Assembly (NCBI GenBank): GCA_025677605.1
Contig: GCA_025677605.1_4110.1
Reading direction: 5' to 3' (one strand)
Source of the DNA: a phage
DNA length: 64,000 nucleotides
The stretch's first letter is position 1. Each line of letters opens with the position of its first letter. Positions 1-10,892 of this stretch are shown here, piece after piece. The position numbers were made by a program, and so were the translations under genes. Below the pieces are notes generated by a model. It was not told the origin of the DNA and made no database searches. It saw only the letters and a list, made by a program, of their open reading frames with translations.

Positions 1-34
1 ATTTTAACAGTACTTGCATGGTATAGAATCATCA

Positions 35-634
35 TCAATCCTCAGTGAGAATACAGTTCAGGTACGAACACAGTTCATCGTAGAAGAGTTTGTCCAGTAC
101 TGTAAGGTAACAGATACCGTTCTCTTTCATTGCAGCCTGTATCTTATCATAACCATTCACTGTGTCAAGGATTTCTTGATAAGATAATGCATCATCATTA
201 ACAGTACTACTCTGGAATGCCATTTCTTCTATGTTATCGATGGGTTCCTCATCGGAATTTAAGAAGCCTCCATTTTGATATATAATGTAATCTTCATTCC
301 ATGATTTAGTGAAACGGAGCAGGATAGGTTCATTAGCGAACATTTCGATATCACCACTTTCAATGTCGTATGAACAATATAGATTACAGTCTTCATCTAT
401 GAATTCTGCCATAAAGATTGCAGTTCGAGAACCATCATATACATAAACTCCAGTTTTGTTCATCTCAACATCAACTGCCATTCCATTTTTGAATTGCATT
501 CGAATCGTGATTTTAAGACTTTGGAGTATGTTATTTTCTGTATCTTTAACACTATACAATCCACGATATCGTAACCACAAATCTTTGATAGTACTTAAAG
601 AATTGATTAAGTCTTCATTGGGATCTTTTTTCAT
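35..634 (-). CDS. FQ-motif family protein (uncharacterized tandem paralog)
   Basis: 199 aa ORF; motif EEMAFQSSTV near C-terminus; ATGA overlap with next gene. Confidence 0.6.
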   Translation of the reverse strand: MKKDPNEDLINSLSTIKDLWLRYRGLYSVKDTENNILQSLKITIRMQFKNGMAVDVEMNKTGVYVYDGSRTAIFMAEFIDEDCNLYCSYDIESGDIEMFANEPILLRFTKSWNEDYIIYQNGGFLNSDEEPIDNIEEMAFQSSTVNDDALSYQEILDTVNGYDKIQAAMKENGICYLTVLDKLFYDELCSYLNCILTED

Positions 635-1248
635 TCAGGTATTACCATATTGTTAATTAGTGTTTCTTTCTTGATGCAATCAGGCTTGATATAAATGAAC
701 ATCTTTCGTAGACTCTTCACTTTGTACCAATCATTCAGTACTGAAACCATAAGCCATAATTCTTCTGGTGTAGTGGTAACCTCTGTGATTACACCCATCT
801 GAAACAATGCACCCTTACAATCTTCAAGTGATTTCAGATCAGTCTTATACCCAGATTCAATATCCATTAGTGTTTTAGTTTTGGCATCATATGTGATGAA
901 CGATTCTTTTAGCGTTTTTCTTCCATCATTTAAGGTTAAAAACACTGGATTACCTGGACTAAACATGCACTCTTCAAATTCAGGAAATAAATCATGTGCT
1001 TCTTCATCATCGTCTTGGGTTAATTCCAGTACTAATTCATCTGTATAGATATTACAAATCCCAACGCTATATCTATTATACAGCGTTGTATATTGTGTGG
1101 GTTTTCCCTTTTTTGATAGCTTGAGTTCACTTTTCGGACCGTACTTGTCAAATAGTGTTTGTTTAGCTCTAATTAAATCTGGTGCAATGTTTAGTAAATC
1201 ACGTAGTGCTTTCTCGTACTTAACATACTCTGTTCTAATGTTAGTCAT
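631..1248 (-). CDS. FQ-family-like protein (diverged)
   Basis: 205 aa ORF in array; weak motif KGALFQMGVI. Confidence 0.5.
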   Translation of the reverse strand: MTNIRTEYVKYEKALRDLLNIAPDLIRAKQTLFDKYGPKSELKLSKKGKPTQYTTLYNRYSVGICNIYTDELVLELTQDDDEEAHDLFPEFEECMFSPGNPVFLTLNDGRKTLKESFITYDAKTKTLMDIESGYKTDLKSLEDCKGALFQMGVITEVTTTPEELWLMVSVLNDWYKVKSLRKMFIYIKPDCIKKETLINNMVIPE

Positions 1249-1780
1249 TGTAACCCTCTAAAAAATAATCTAATGTATCAAGTACATCACTATCAAAAAA
1301 ACAATTATTAACTACAACGATACCAGTATTATGTTCTAAATCATAACATTTATCCAGTACATTGATGCATTCATTGTACTCAATGATATCATGAAGAGTA
1401 CTGTGCTGAAAGTGTTCTTCTTCAGTGTACTCACAGTAATTAATATCAACACTGAACGATTGGTCGTTTCTTTTGCACGGATATAATTTAGTAGACTTTC
1501 GTCCAGACCATGTAATTGAATAACAACCAATCGAATTCTGTGGGATTTGTGTACCAGCATGAAGCATAATGTACAGAGCTTGCGAACTGTATGATTCAAC
1601 GTACAAACGGTTCTTATCTGCATTCATAACACAACCATCAATTGACATGCTTAGTGAATGTGACATTCTACTGGCTTTCCTGATGCCACGGCAGAAATTA
1701 ACATAACGCTGACGTAAGCTGTTAACTTTCTCAGGCCATAGCTCAAATTCTTTAGTATTTGATAATGTTGCAATGTGCAT
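1241..1780 (-). CDS. FQ-motif family protein
   Basis: 179 aa; motif EEHFQHSTLH. Confidence 0.6.
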   Translation of the reverse strand: MHIATLSNTKEFELWPEKVNSLRQRYVNFCRGIRKASRMSHSLSMSIDGCVMNADKNRLYVESYSSQALYIMLHAGTQIPQNSIGCYSITWSGRKSTKLYPCKRNDQSFSVDINYCEYTEEEHFQHSTLHDIIEYNECINVLDKCYDLEHNTGIVVVNNCFFDSDVLDTLDYFLEGYND

Positions 1781-1782
1781 TA

Positions 1783-2385
1783 TTATTCCTTAATAACTGG
1801 TATAGCAGACCAAATTCGTTTCATTAGTTCATCTTCTAATACCACATCAGTACTGATCTTTTTGTAGTTCATTGATAATAGAAAATTACATTTCAGTTCT
1901 GATTTTAATTTTTCATAAAGATCAATGTTCATATACATTTCTTCATACGAAGGTAAAGAATGAATTAATGAATTTTGAAAATACCATTCTTCGCTGAAAT
2001 CTTTCACTTCAACACTTTTGATATTCTTAAATGAATCCTTATCAAAATAATATGAAACATCAGAACCATTATAATGTGAAAATGTTTTGAATAATTTTAT
2101 TTCATTTGTTCTACGAAGAATTCTTTCATAGGACAGAATTTTACTATCTTCTAATTCACCATGAAGTATCAGTGAAATATCAAAATCATTTGCAAGTCCA
2201 GCACCAAGGCGTTTGAATGCTAGTGTAATTCGTTGTTCACATGCCGAGATTTCAATCCTGTAAAAATCAGTTGCATACGTTAACATAGAGTATGGGAGAT
2301 GCAACTTTTCATTATTAGAAATACTTTTAGCTAACGTAATGACAGGGTTAAGCATTTTATTAAGAATAGGCATGTCAATGATCAT
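1783..2385 (-). CDS. FQ-motif family protein
   Basis: 200 aa; motif EEWYFQNSLIH. Confidence 0.6.
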   Translation of the reverse strand: MIIDMPILNKMLNPVITLAKSISNNEKLHLPYSMLTYATDFYRIEISACEQRITLAFKRLGAGLANDFDISLILHGELEDSKILSYERILRRTNEIKLFKTFSHYNGSDVSYYFDKDSFKNIKSVEVKDFSEEWYFQNSLIHSLPSYEEMYMNIDLYEKLKSELKCNFLLSMNYKKISTDVVLEDELMKRIWSAIPVIKE

Positions 2386-2386
2386 A

Positions 2387-2890
2387 TCATAATTCTCTTA
2401 GTTTTTTCAATACATAGTGTAGTACTTCATCTTCATTTACATACGATGTGTACATGAGAAATTTGCAACAAGTACTGTTAAGATAGCACATGTAGGTGAA
2501 CATTGCACTATAATTATTCACAGTACTGTTCTGAAATTCAACTTCATCAATTTCACCCAATGATACAGGTCGCATGTTGCAATCTACACCATCAATTTTT
2601 ACAACAGTAGTTCCTGGATGAAAGACTGCGGATTGTGAACCTATGGTGCTTGTATCGAAACTTGGTGCATCATAGATAGGACTATTGCTATCAAAGAGCA
2701 TGAAAATGTCATGGTCTAAACCTCTTTTCTGCTCAAATACAACTCGGATCATACCATCTTTTTGTATTTTAAGAATAATATCTGGAGCCAGTTCGAATCG
2801 ACCATATTGTTCATTGATATATTTTTCTTCAAGAATTTTATGCAATTCCACAAAGTCTTTAGTACTAAAGTGTTCCATCATATCCCTCAA
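2387..2890 (-). CDS. FQ-motif family protein
   Basis: 167 aa; motif EVEFQNSTVN. Confidence 0.6.
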   Translation of the reverse strand: MRDMMEHFSTKDFVELHKILEEKYINEQYGRFELAPDIILKIQKDGMIRVVFEQKRGLDHDIFMLFDSNSPIYDAPSFDTSTIGSQSAVFHPGTTVVKIDGVDCNMRPVSLGEIDEVEFQNSTVNNYSAMFTYMCYLNSTCCKFLMYTSYVNEDEVLHYVLKKLREL

Positions 2891-3323
2891 CTAATTTTGT
2901 AATTTCTGCTCTTCGTACATCAATGTCATGAGCAAATGATATGGATGTGAAACCACGTTCCGCTGCAATGGCTCTCAACTGTAGGAGAAGTAATAACGGA
3001 TATATCACTTCATCAGAATACAAAGTACTTAATTGAAATATGGTTGCTTCATCAATCTCAGTACTTAAATCTATACTTTTAATATCAATGATTAACTGTG
3101 TATTGAAATACCATACATTGTCATTGACATAATCTATAGTAGTATTATCCATTACACTATAATCAATGTATCTTTCATTTGACCATAATGTCATCATATC
3201 ATCGCCGTCCGATGGATAGCTTACGTCAAACCATGAACCTGATTTTCGAGCTTTACCATTATCCAGTTCATTGAGGCAGTACTGGATTAACTTTTTCAGT
3301 AATTCGTAATCGTCTTTATTCAT
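2865..3323 (-). CDS. FQ-motif family protein
   Basis: 152 aa; motif EATIFQLSTLY; true start may be internal. Confidence 0.55.
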   Translation of the reverse strand: MNKDDYELLKKLIQYCLNELDNGKARKSGSWFDVSYPSDGDDMMTLWSNERYIDYSVMDNTTIDYVNDNVWYFNTQLIIDIKSIDLSTEIDEATIFQLSTLYSDEVIYPLLLLLQLRAIAAERGFTSISFAHDIDVRRAEITKLVEGYDGTL

Positions 3324-3801
3324 TGCATTTCCAGAATATAGGATGTTTGTTAAGTGTTTGAAATATCATATCAAATGTAAATTTGTAATAAGAATAAACA
3401 CCGAAATTAATTGATATAGAATTTAAATTAGTTTCATGCACCATAGCACTATGTATCAGAACTGCATTTCTATGAAACTCATTATCAAGGCTCAATTCAG
3501 CCATAAAATCATCTAAAGTTCTGTCGCCGTTCTTTTTCTCGTATATGATTTCACCACTTGGTTCAATGAATACTGAACTTTCCCTTGATAGGATCATGAT
3601 TCGTTTCTCAATGACATTTTGAGATTCTTGACAGTTGAGTTCACAAAATGTCCATGAGCCACAGAACACAGCGATAATGTCGTTGTTTTTCACGAAGTTA
3701 AAGGGAATGCCATCAATCATTATCTGTACTTCGTGCACAAATTTATGAGAATACTTCTCAAGAATTTTACAAAATTTAATAACGTCTGCTGGATTTAACA
3801 T
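3316..3801 (-). CDS. hypothetical protein in FQ array (motif not evident)
   Basis: 161 aa ORF, tightly coupled in array. Confidence 0.5.
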   Translation of the reverse strand: MLNPADVIKFCKILEKYSHKFVHEVQIMIDGIPFNFVKNNDIIAVFCGSWTFCELNCQESQNVIEKRIMILSRESSVFIEPSGEIIYEKKNGDRTLDDFMAELSLDNEFHRNAVLIHSAMVHETNLNSISINFGVYSYYKFTFDMIFQTLNKHPIFWKCNE

Positions 3802-4355
3802 TGGATTGCCTTAATATGTTCAATCATTGCCTTGGAGTTAGTACTCATGTACTCAAATATATCATCATTCATGAGTTCTGTCAAGTTCAATTCAACCGTA
3901 CATCCATCTGGTAAGTTCTTCTGACAGAACGGAGCCAGTACTGCACCGTACAGTACATACGGATCATCAATAATTAAACTCTTCTGGAAGCAATCACAAT
4001 CCATATCTTCTTCATTATCGAAGTAAGTACTGATATCTATTGCAGTACTATCTTTACACATCAACTCTACATCACCTTTTTTAATTACTACACGCTTTGT
4101 CTTGGTATTGCGTAATCGGGTGTATTCTTTTATGTGTCGTTGTTGTGTATTGATTTCAATGATATCTTTGTGGTTGTACGTTATTGTGAAGTGCATATCA
4201 TTATTCAAATCACCACTCAGAAAAAAATTAAGATCTCTTAGTACAGTGTGATTGACTTTAATGTATTCACCTTCACGAATTAAACTCAGTGCAGCTACAC
4301 AATCTTCAATAAACTTCTCAAGGAACTTCCCTCTATAGTAAAGACTATATTTCAT
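3795..4355 (-). CDS. FQ-motif family protein
   Basis: 186 aa; motif DCDCFQKSLII. Confidence 0.55.
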   Translation of the reverse strand: MKYSLYYRGKFLEKFIEDCVAALSLIREGEYIKVNHTVLRDLNFFLSGDLNNDMHFTITYNHKDIIEINTQQRHIKEYTRLRNTKTKRVVIKKGDVELMCKDSTAIDISTYFDNEEDMDCDCFQKSLIIDDPYVLYGAVLAPFCQKNLPDGCTVELNLTELMNDDIFEYMSTNSKAMIEHIKAIQC

Positions 4356-4930
4356 GAGAACTCCCCAGTATTGTTGATAAGACTGTCCAGACCTTCATGA
4401 ATTCTTTTAAATTCACTACGTTTAAAACGATGAACAATTTGTTGTAATGGACAGTATTTGTCTTTCTTATCCAGTTCATGATTGACGATTGTACTGAAAA
4501 GTAATAAATCCAATTCGTTAGTACTGTACATAGTACTTAACTGGAATAGTTCTTCTTCTATAGTACTACTGTTAAGATTAATCTTTGGAATTTTTTTACC
4601 TGAAATAACAATCCCTGCAAATTCACTTGTCCCTGGAACTTCAGCATTTCCTCCAATAATATAATCGTAGTTAATGTACCCATCGTTATTGGTTAAATCT
4701 TCTTTATTGTACTTAATTATCAGAAAGACACGTAGATCATTCATCGAAACTACTGCATGATCATACATACCTTCCTGGTCTTTAGTAATCGCCAAACGCA
4801 TATATGGGAGATTAAATGTCTTTTTAGTTTTACATAAATCACTATTAAGAATAGCATTCACTTTCAAAACCATCTTAGTGTAATATTGATACTCTTCGGA
4901 CATGTAATTATAAAGATTTGAGAAAGGCAT
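4352..4930 (-). CDS. FQ-motif family protein
   Basis: 192 aa; motif EEELFQLSTMY. Confidence 0.6.
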   Translation of the reverse strand: MPFSNLYNYMSEEYQYYTKMVLKVNAILNSDLCKTKKTFNLPYMRLAITKDQEGMYDHAVVSMNDLRVFLIIKYNKEDLTNNDGYINYDYIIGGNAEVPGTSEFAGIVISGKKIPKINLNSSTIEEELFQLSTMYSTNELDLLLFSTIVNHELDKKDKYCPLQQIVHRFKRSEFKRIHEGLDSLINNTGEFS

Positions 4931-5480
4931 TTAATTCCTCCAATAATTCTTCTTGTGTTTCAGTACTTTCATTGTATAAATTATTGAAAGCGGAACACTC
5001 CCCACTACCAAGTTGCATTGATAGTTGATATACAAAATCAGCTTTAGCTATCATATCATAACCAGGAAGCAACGACAACTGGAAAAGATATGCTTCTCGC
5101 TCTTCTGGATTTTGTAGCTCAGGTGCAATATGAAGATATTCTTCATCATCATAATAATCATCGTACAAATTTCTGACGATTAATTCGTTAGTTTCTTTGA
5201 GTTTATTCACAGTAAGACTACAATCAGAAACTGAACCCAAAAATTTACTCTCTCTGCCTGATGCCACATAAGAAGCATCAACTGACCATATATTTTTGGT
5301 TTTATGTTGAATGCAGTGTTGTATTTGGATATTAGCATAACGATACAAAGTACTGCAATCAAAAACTAATCGGTACATTGGATTGTTGAAGTAATGAAAA
5401 ATATTCTCTGTTCTTTTTTGTTCATCTAACTTATGAGTAAGTTCTTCTAGTACTTTAAAAATATCAATTAGTGTTTTCAT
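4908..5480 (-). CDS. FQ-motif family protein
   Basis: 190 aa; motif EAYLFQLSLL. Confidence 0.6.
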   Translation of the reverse strand: MKTLIDIFKVLEELTHKLDEQKRTENIFHYFNNPMYRLVFDCSTLYRYANIQIQHCIQHKTKNIWSVDASYVASGRESKFLGSVSDCSLTVNKLKETNELIVRNLYDDYYDDEEYLHIAPELQNPEEREAYLFQLSLLPGYDMIAKADFVYQLSMQLGSGECSAFNNLYNESTETQEELLEELNAFLKSL

Positions 5481-6018
5481 GTTCTTTTCTCGTTTGTGCG
5501 TAGTTTTTCAAGTCCTTGAGTAATACTACTAATTGATCATCAGTGAGTAATGATGCTGTTGCACTATATGACATATAATAATTATTGAGATTGAAATCAA
5601 ATTTATAGTTACGTGCTAAAGCTTCAATCGTAAGTGCATCAGTGATTAATTTATCGTGAGTTACAGAACTCTGGAAATTTTGTTCTTCTAAATTCTCAGT
5701 ACTGAACAACGCAATAGGATCATATGATGGTTCTTTGTAATCCACTGCCTCTTTCATTCGAGGATTACGTGAAATAAAAGCCCAAGAACTGTCATATGAA
5801 AAATCAACAACACAGTCTTCCTCATCACCTTCATGTGGGTAAACGCACAGAATAGTTTTATTTTCTTCTGTGAACATCTGCTGCGTTGCAATACCCTCTC
5901 CTGTGTATTCAATTTCATAATCGAAACCGATTCTTAATTTACGTCCCTGTGAATTACACGTTTCAAGAAGTTTTCCCAGTTCGTTGTAAATTTGTAAGAT
6001 TAATAGGTAATTGTCCAT
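5464..6018 (-). CDS. FQ-motif family protein
   Basis: start moved to ATG at 6016-6018 (MDNYLL) with RBS gaggat; ORF-track extension reads through the upstream terminator; motif EEQNFQSSVTH. Confidence 0.6.
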   Translation of the reverse strand: MDNYLLILQIYNELGKLLETCNSQGRKLRIGFDYEIEYTGEGIATQQMFTEENKTILCVYPHEGDEEDCVVDFSYDSSWAFISRNPRMKEAVDYKEPSYDPIALFSTENLEEQNFQSSVTHDKLITDALTIEALARNYKFDFNLNNYYMSYSATASLLTDDQLVVLLKDLKNYAQTRKEHENTN

Positions 6019-6054
6019 ATGATATCCTCGGTTAAATAATATTAAAATAATAGC

Positions 6055-6086
6055 AAAGAAAAAAGCCAGAGTCAATACCCTGGCTT
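6055..6086 (-). terminator. rho-independent terminator after MCP-like gene
   Basis: hairpin GCCAG...CTGGC followed by T-run on minus strand, directly downstream of the 6092 stop. Confidence 0.55.
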
Positions 6087-6091
6087 TAAAA

Positions 6092-7504
6092 TTATTTCAC
6101 GTTAAAAATCGAAGTGGCTTTTTGTAAAGCATGTACTTCAGACTGTTGATTGTCTACCATCATCATTGTGTCCTTGACATGCTCCGCATTTTGCTGTACT
6201 GAACGGTCCATCATATTAACACTCTCGGTAACCTGAAGGATTGCAATGCTTTGTTGTTCAGCCATTATAGCTAAATCATCAATGAACTGCAAGAGAGAAT
6301 CAACATTTTTTACAATAGAATCAATATCACTTGCAGTTTCGTTGATTTGTTCTATTCCTTGGTTGTTGTTTTTTACAGAGTTATCAACGATTTCTTTAAT
6401 TTCTTTACTACATGCATCACATTTCATTGCTAAGTTACGAACTTCCTGTGCAACAACAGAGAATCCACGTCCATGTTCACCCGCTTTAGCAGCCTCAATA
6501 CTGGCATTTAAAGAAAGAATATTAGTCTGGAAAGCAATAGTTTCTATATTTTTGAGTATAGCAACTATAGCATTAGAATCTTCTTTAATTCTATCCATCT
6601 GCTCTTTGCAATTATTAATACTTTCAATTGCATTAGTACTGGATTCTTTTGTAGTTTTAACCATACTTTTTGCAGTATTGGAGTTATCAGATGTATTTGC
6701 AGATGTAGCACTTAATTCTTCCATAGCAGCAGCGATTTGAGTAAGTGCCTGTCCTTGTGTTTCAGTTCTGAAAGCTAAATCATTACTTTTACTTTCGAGA
6801 TGATAGGAGTTGCTTTTCATTGACTGAACTGTAATTTGTACTTGTTCAATTGCCTCACGCATAGCTGATATTGTTTTACTAAAAGTCTGTGCAAATTCTG
6901 AGTTGAAATGATTATTTTGTATTTCTAAAGTAATATTGCCGTCTTCAGAATTCACCGAATGGGCAATTCGTTGAATTTCATCTGCTTCATTTGCATCTTT
7001 CTCCATAATATACGCAACGTACATCAGAACTATTGCCTGTACTACTACATATATTGCGTGCTCTATAATGTGCCATAACGAAATATGGTGAAAAGAAAAC
7101 ACGAATAATATTGGAATTCCAGCACCCTGTAACAATCCAAATAATAAATGATGTATAGCAATCAGTACTGAACCTGCTAATACACAACGCCAGTCACGCC
7201 ATACAATCAATAAACTTAAAAAGACAAAAACTGTAAAGTGCCATTCCACCATCCCTAAGCCAAGATGTATTAGTAACGCACTCCAGCACATCACATTTAT
7301 ACTTAACAACGTTCGAGTGAACGCATTACTTTCAACAAATAGTAAAGGAGTTAGCATTACTAATAATAAAACTGCACCGATTAGTGCAATAATAAAACTA
7401 CCATGAACAACACCGGAAACTAAAGTAACAGCAAATAAAGCCCCTATACAACATAGTACTAAATTATCGGCTTTTTTGCGTATATTTTCTAAATTACTTT
7501 TCAA
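6092..7504 (-). CDS. methyl-accepting chemotaxis protein-like (N-terminal multi-helix His-rich membrane domain, C-terminal MCP signalling domain)
   Basis: 470 aa; signalling-domain signature [37 protein letters not shown]; about 6 hydrophobic helices in first 170 aa. Confidence 0.8.
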   Translation of the reverse strand: MKSNLENIRKKADNLVLCCIGALFAVTLVSGVVHGSFIIALIGAVLLLVMLTPLLFVESNAFTRTLLSINVMCWSALLIHLGLGMVEWHFTVFVFLSLLIVWRDWRCVLAGSVLIAIHHLLFGLLQGAGIPILFVFSFHHISLWHIIEHAIYVVVQAIVLMYVAYIMEKDANEADEIQRIAHSVNSEDGNITLEIQNNHFNSEFAQTFSKTISAMREAIEQVQITVQSMKSNSYHLESKSNDLAFRTETQGQALTQIAAAMEELSATSANTSDNSNTAKSMVKTTKESSTNAIESINNCKEQMDRIKEDSNAIVAILKNIETIAFQTNILSLNASIEAAKAGEHGRGFSVVAQEVRNLAMKCDACSKEIKEIVDNSVKNNNQGIEQINETASDIDSIVKNVDSLLQFIDDLAIMAEQQSIAILQVTESVNMMDRSVQQNAEHVKDTMMMVDNQQSEVHALQKATSIFNVK

Positions 7505-8049
7505 CGTACTTCTCCATAATTTAAATTATCATCAATATATTTTTTTAATAACAAATGCATTTTCTCTAGTTCCTCTTGGCTTTTGGTAAGTAACTTGTCC
7601 ATAATTGTAATTTCATAATGATCTTCTAATAACCTAAGTAATTTATAACCCATTTCTAGCTTATTATAAGTTAATTGATCATATGACATAGCAGCCATGA
7701 ACATTTGTTCTTTGAAAGTGTTTGAATCAATTTTAGCTACAGCTAACTTCTCGTCATCTTCATAAGAATGTTTTACCAGTATCTTAGTGTAGCGTGATAC
7801 ATTATATAGACGAATTTCACTATCTCCGCGTAGAATTTCCATCTTGTATTCTTGTCTACGTTGTGTTGCATTAATGATCTTTACGACATAACCTAAACCA
7901 CTAATGAACAATGTAATATTAGAATATACTGATGGAGATTCTTTTGGGTTGATATTTAATTCACCTAACTCAAAATTAACAGTCTTATTATCAGGACTGT
8001 TTTTAAAAATATAAATCATGCATTCAATAATATTTACAATGCTATCCAT
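7501..8049 (-). CDS. FQ-family-like protein (diverged; FM in place of FQ)
   Basis: 182 aa; [13 protein letters not shown]; first gene of promoter-to-terminator unit containing MCP. Confidence 0.5.
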   Translation of the reverse strand: MDSIVNIIECMIYIFKNSPDNKTVNFELGELNINPKESPSVYSNITLFISGLGYVVKIINATQRRQEYKMEILRGDSEIRLYNVSRYTKILVKHSYEDDEKLAVAKIDSNTFKEQMFMAAMSYDQLTYNKLEMGYKLLRLLEDHYEITIMDKLLTKSQEELEKMHLLLKKYIDDNLNYGEVR

Positions 8050-8080
8050 AAAATACGCTCTCTTTTAAATAGGTTACAAT

Positions 8081-8109
8081 ATTCTAACACTCTACATTAC
8101 TAATGTCAA
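8081..8109 (-). promoter_or_regulatory. sigma70-like promoter for 7501..8049 + MCP unit
   Basis: minus strand TTGACA, 17 nt spacer, TAGAAT; about 30 nt upstream of ATG at 8049. Confidence 0.45.
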
Positions 8110-8116
8110 CCTATAA

Positions 8117-8141
8117 ACGAAAAAAGACCCATCAGGGTCTT
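8117..8141 (-). terminator. rho-independent terminator (possibly bidirectional)
   Basis: hairpin GACCC-atca-GGGTC flanked by A-run and T-run; overlaps stop of 8132..8683. Confidence 0.5.
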
Positions 8142-8683
8142 TTAAATGCTCGTAAGTCTCTCAGAATGTTTGGTAGAGTGCCTTGTTCCATTACAGAATT
8201 CAGTACATTAAGATCCATTGTAAGATAGAAACCATCAGGGATGTAATCACGCACTAACTTATCCAACTCAATGATATCCATTGTTAACTGATCATATAGA
8301 GTACTGTACTGGAAAAGCACCCCATCGTCAACATTTAAATCTATTAAGTTATCACCGTGATTGCATTGGCAAAAGTTATTAGCAAGATTTTTATGTTTAA
8401 TGCTGCTTATGTACACATATGGATAACGTGTGAGTACACGATTCTGTGCCTCCGAACAACCATCTGCAATTTCTTCATCTGATAACTCAGGGTGCAAAAG
8501 AAACAATGAACTATCACTAATGTACAAAGTACCTATAGAACCGTTTTTATTATTACTGTGTCGAATATAACATGAACCAAGATTTGATATAGGTTTTATA
8601 TCTTGTAGTACAATAGGAAAAAAGTTAATAATAACTTTAGATAGATCTTTTAGTACTGGGTTTATTGTTAATGGTAGACTCAT
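8132..8683 (-). CDS. FQ-motif family protein
   Basis: 183 aa; motif DGVLFQYSTLY. Confidence 0.6.
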   Translation of the reverse strand: MSLPLTINPVLKDLSKVIINFFPIVLQDIKPISNLGSCYIRHSNNKNGSIGTLYISDSSLFLLHPELSDEEIADGCSEAQNRVLTRYPYVYISSIKHKNLANNFCQCNHGDNLIDLNVDDGVLFQYSTLYDQLTMDIIELDKLVRDYIPDGFYLTMDLNVLNSVMEQGTLPNILRDLRAFKRP

Positions 8684-9312
8684 TTCATTATCCTTGAACC
8701 GCCTATATAGGTATCGTTAAAATAATTATCATTTTCAAACGCCATGTTATTCAAATCAGCAAGGTCATCGAAGTAACCGCCTTCAATACATATTTCTTTG
8801 AATACGTCACTGTACTTGAATAAATTTACTAAACTAAAGGTAATGTCTGCTCTTTGAACTTTAGTACATTTAAGGTGCTCATGTAGATATGGGAAAACAA
8901 TAGTATATAATAAATCATTCGGTTCATATATTAAACTATTTTGAAAGAATGATTCTTCTGAATAATCCATAACATTGAGGTTCAATCTAAGTACCTCATT
9001 ACTATCCAGTACTAATGTTTTATCTGACAAATCGAAGTTCAAGCAGTGCGTATAAAATGGTCCCAAATTACCAACTCTATTTTTATCTAAACCACTAGGA
9101 CTGAAATCAAGCCATACTTCATTCAACTCACTATCATCTGATTCTATGTACTCAAGAACATTGTTATGAAAACGCATGTCATAACATTCAAGGAACTTAT
9201 CATCCTTCAGACGTGGTAATATGTCCGTTAATGCTCGTGCATACGCAATGCAGTGCTTATACTCTAGGCGATGAAAAACGTACTTTGAAATTGGTTTTCT
9301 TTTTGTACTCAT
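8680..9312 (-). CDS. FQ-motif family protein
   Basis: 210 aa; motif EESFFQNSLIY. Confidence 0.6.
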   Translation of the reverse strand: MSTKRKPISKYVFHRLEYKHCIAYARALTDILPRLKDDKFLECYDMRFHNNVLEYIESDDSELNEVWLDFSPSGLDKNRVGNLGPFYTHCLNFDLSDKTLVLDSNEVLRLNLNVMDYSEESFFQNSLIYEPNDLLYTIVFPYLHEHLKCTKVQRADITFSLVNLFKYSDVFKEICIEGGYFDDLADLNNMAFENDNYFNDTYIGGSRIMK

Positions 9313-9316
9313 TCAA

Positions 9317-9931
9317 TTAATCTCCAATTGTACATATGTTTTCTTCAGTAATACTTTTTAATTTAAGTAATAAACCATCCCAGTCCTGTTCTTTGAATAT
9401 TTCAGGTTCTAATTTGATATACTTTGTTAATGGTAATTTAGGGGATAGATTTTTACAAAATTTAATAGCATCAATAACACAGGCGTTGTGAATTAATGAG
9501 TACTGAAACAATGTTTCGTCGAGTACATCATCATCTGGAATATCCAGAAATTCAGGTTCATGTGTTGTGACATAGTATTCTTCTTCTTCATCCATATCAA
9601 TGTAGACTTTATTAAGATAATTAAGTCCAGATGAACTAATAAAAATACCATCGCTTCTTGAGATACAAATATAAGAACTGGGCATATATATATCTAAATC
9701 TCTTTCTCTGTTGTGGTCGGTCAATTCTGTTCTTACGCAGATGATAGCTTTACAATTTTCATCCATTAAATCAAACCATTTGTCACCACGGTCAAATTTG
9801 TATGTAGAATTTTGTTCAGTACTGGTATGAAATGAAATAACACGATTTGTTAGACGCCATGCAAATTCATGAATACGAATTAGTTCTAAACTTATCTGAC
9901 TAATTTTATCTATTGTTTCGTTTGTCAGCAT
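9317..9931 (-). CDS. FQ-motif family protein
   Basis: 204 aa; motif DETLFQYSLIH. Confidence 0.6.
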   Translation of the reverse strand: MLTNETIDKISQISLELIRIHEFAWRLTNRVISFHTSTEQNSTYKFDRGDKWFDLMDENCKAIICVRTELTDHNRERDLDIYMPSSYICISRSDGIFISSSGLNYLNKVYIDMDEEEEYYVTTHEPEFLDIPDDDVLDETLFQYSLIHNACVIDAIKFCKNLSPKLPLTKYIKLEPEIFKEQDWDGLLLKLKSITEENICTIGD

Positions 9932-10412
9932 TTTTTAAAATCCTTACTTGTTTAATAAAGTGCTTCATTGAAGCAAATTCAAAACTAATTCTCTGAAACT
10001 CACTATATTTTTTAAAGTACGATAGAATAAACATAGCTTTAAGTTCAGAGTCATTGTAAATTAATGAATTTTGGAAATAATTTTCATCCGTTAAATCCGT
10101 AATGTACGGAAGTATATGATTAATAAATTGGGCTTTTCCTCTTTGGTGTGAAATATATTTTATATCAGAACCATCTGAACGAAATAGAATATAGTCTGTT
10201 TTACCTTTCTCAAACATAGAATGAGCCAGACGATCTTCAGCTTTAGTATGAAAATATATACTATGAGCACCGTGACGAATATTGAAAGACGATTCAGTAC
10301 TGTGATGGATAGCGAAATATCTATGCAAATTAACTTCATTAACGTACAAATAAGTTATTGTATCAAGACAATCCTTTGCGAACTTTATTAGTTCTGATAG
10401 TTTCCTCGACAT
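9906..10412 (-). CDS. FQ-motif family protein
   Basis: 168 aa; motif DENYFQNSLIY. Confidence 0.6.
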   Translation of the reverse strand: MSRKLSELIKFAKDCLDTITYLYVNEVNLHRYFAIHHSTESSFNIRHGAHSIYFHTKAEDRLAHSMFEKGKTDYILFRSDGSDIKYISHQRGKAQFINHILPYITDLTDENYFQNSLIYNDSELKAMFILSYFKKYSEFQRISFEFASMKHFIKQVRILKNADKRNNR

Positions 10413-10421
10413 ATAGCACCT

Positions 10422-10892
10422 TTATAAATGTTCCAAAAATGTATTAAAGAAATCCAAATCAATATAAAAGGAATTAAGTCCTTCGCTTCTTAAGTATGTT
10501 ACAATCACAGATAGTAAAAGTATATTACTTGTATATAATAATGAGTTTTGAAAGTACATCTCTTCATTACATATTTCAATATATGAAGGTAATACTTTAA
10601 AATCACTGTCATGAACACAAATTTTATCAAGGTATGAATGGTACTGAATATAATAGTAATCAAAGCTCATGAATGATTCATTATCACACACTGATTCCCC
10701 TATGTTTAAAACTTCAGTACCAGCGTAATACCATGCATTATGAGTATTTGATTTTTCAAACACTTTGTCAAATTTACCATTATTACCAGCATGATAAATC
10801 TTCATCAAAATCTTTGCAAAATCAATACACGCCGCATATGAATCGTATCGGATAACGTGACCATCCAGTACTAACTCGTCGGATTCTATCAT
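10422..10892 (-). CDS. FQ-motif family protein
   Basis: 156 aa; motif EEMYFQNSLLY. Confidence 0.6.
   Translation of the reverse strand: MIESDELVLDGHVIRYDSYAACIDFAKILMKIYHAGNNGKFDKVFEKSNTHNAWYYAGTEVLNIGESVCDNESFMSFDYYYIQYHSYLDKICVHDSDFKVLPSYIEICNEEMYFQNSLLYTSNILLLSVIVTYLRSEGLNSFYIDLDFFNTFLEHL

Noticed and set aside
6246-6740. Plus-strand ORF antisense to the MCP gene, and many other plus-strand ORFs of 60-120 aa between 1 and 57 kb
   Set aside because: All lie entirely inside longer minus-strand genes with strong paralogy support; they have low-complexity composition and no RBS, so they are antisense artefacts of AT-rich DNA.
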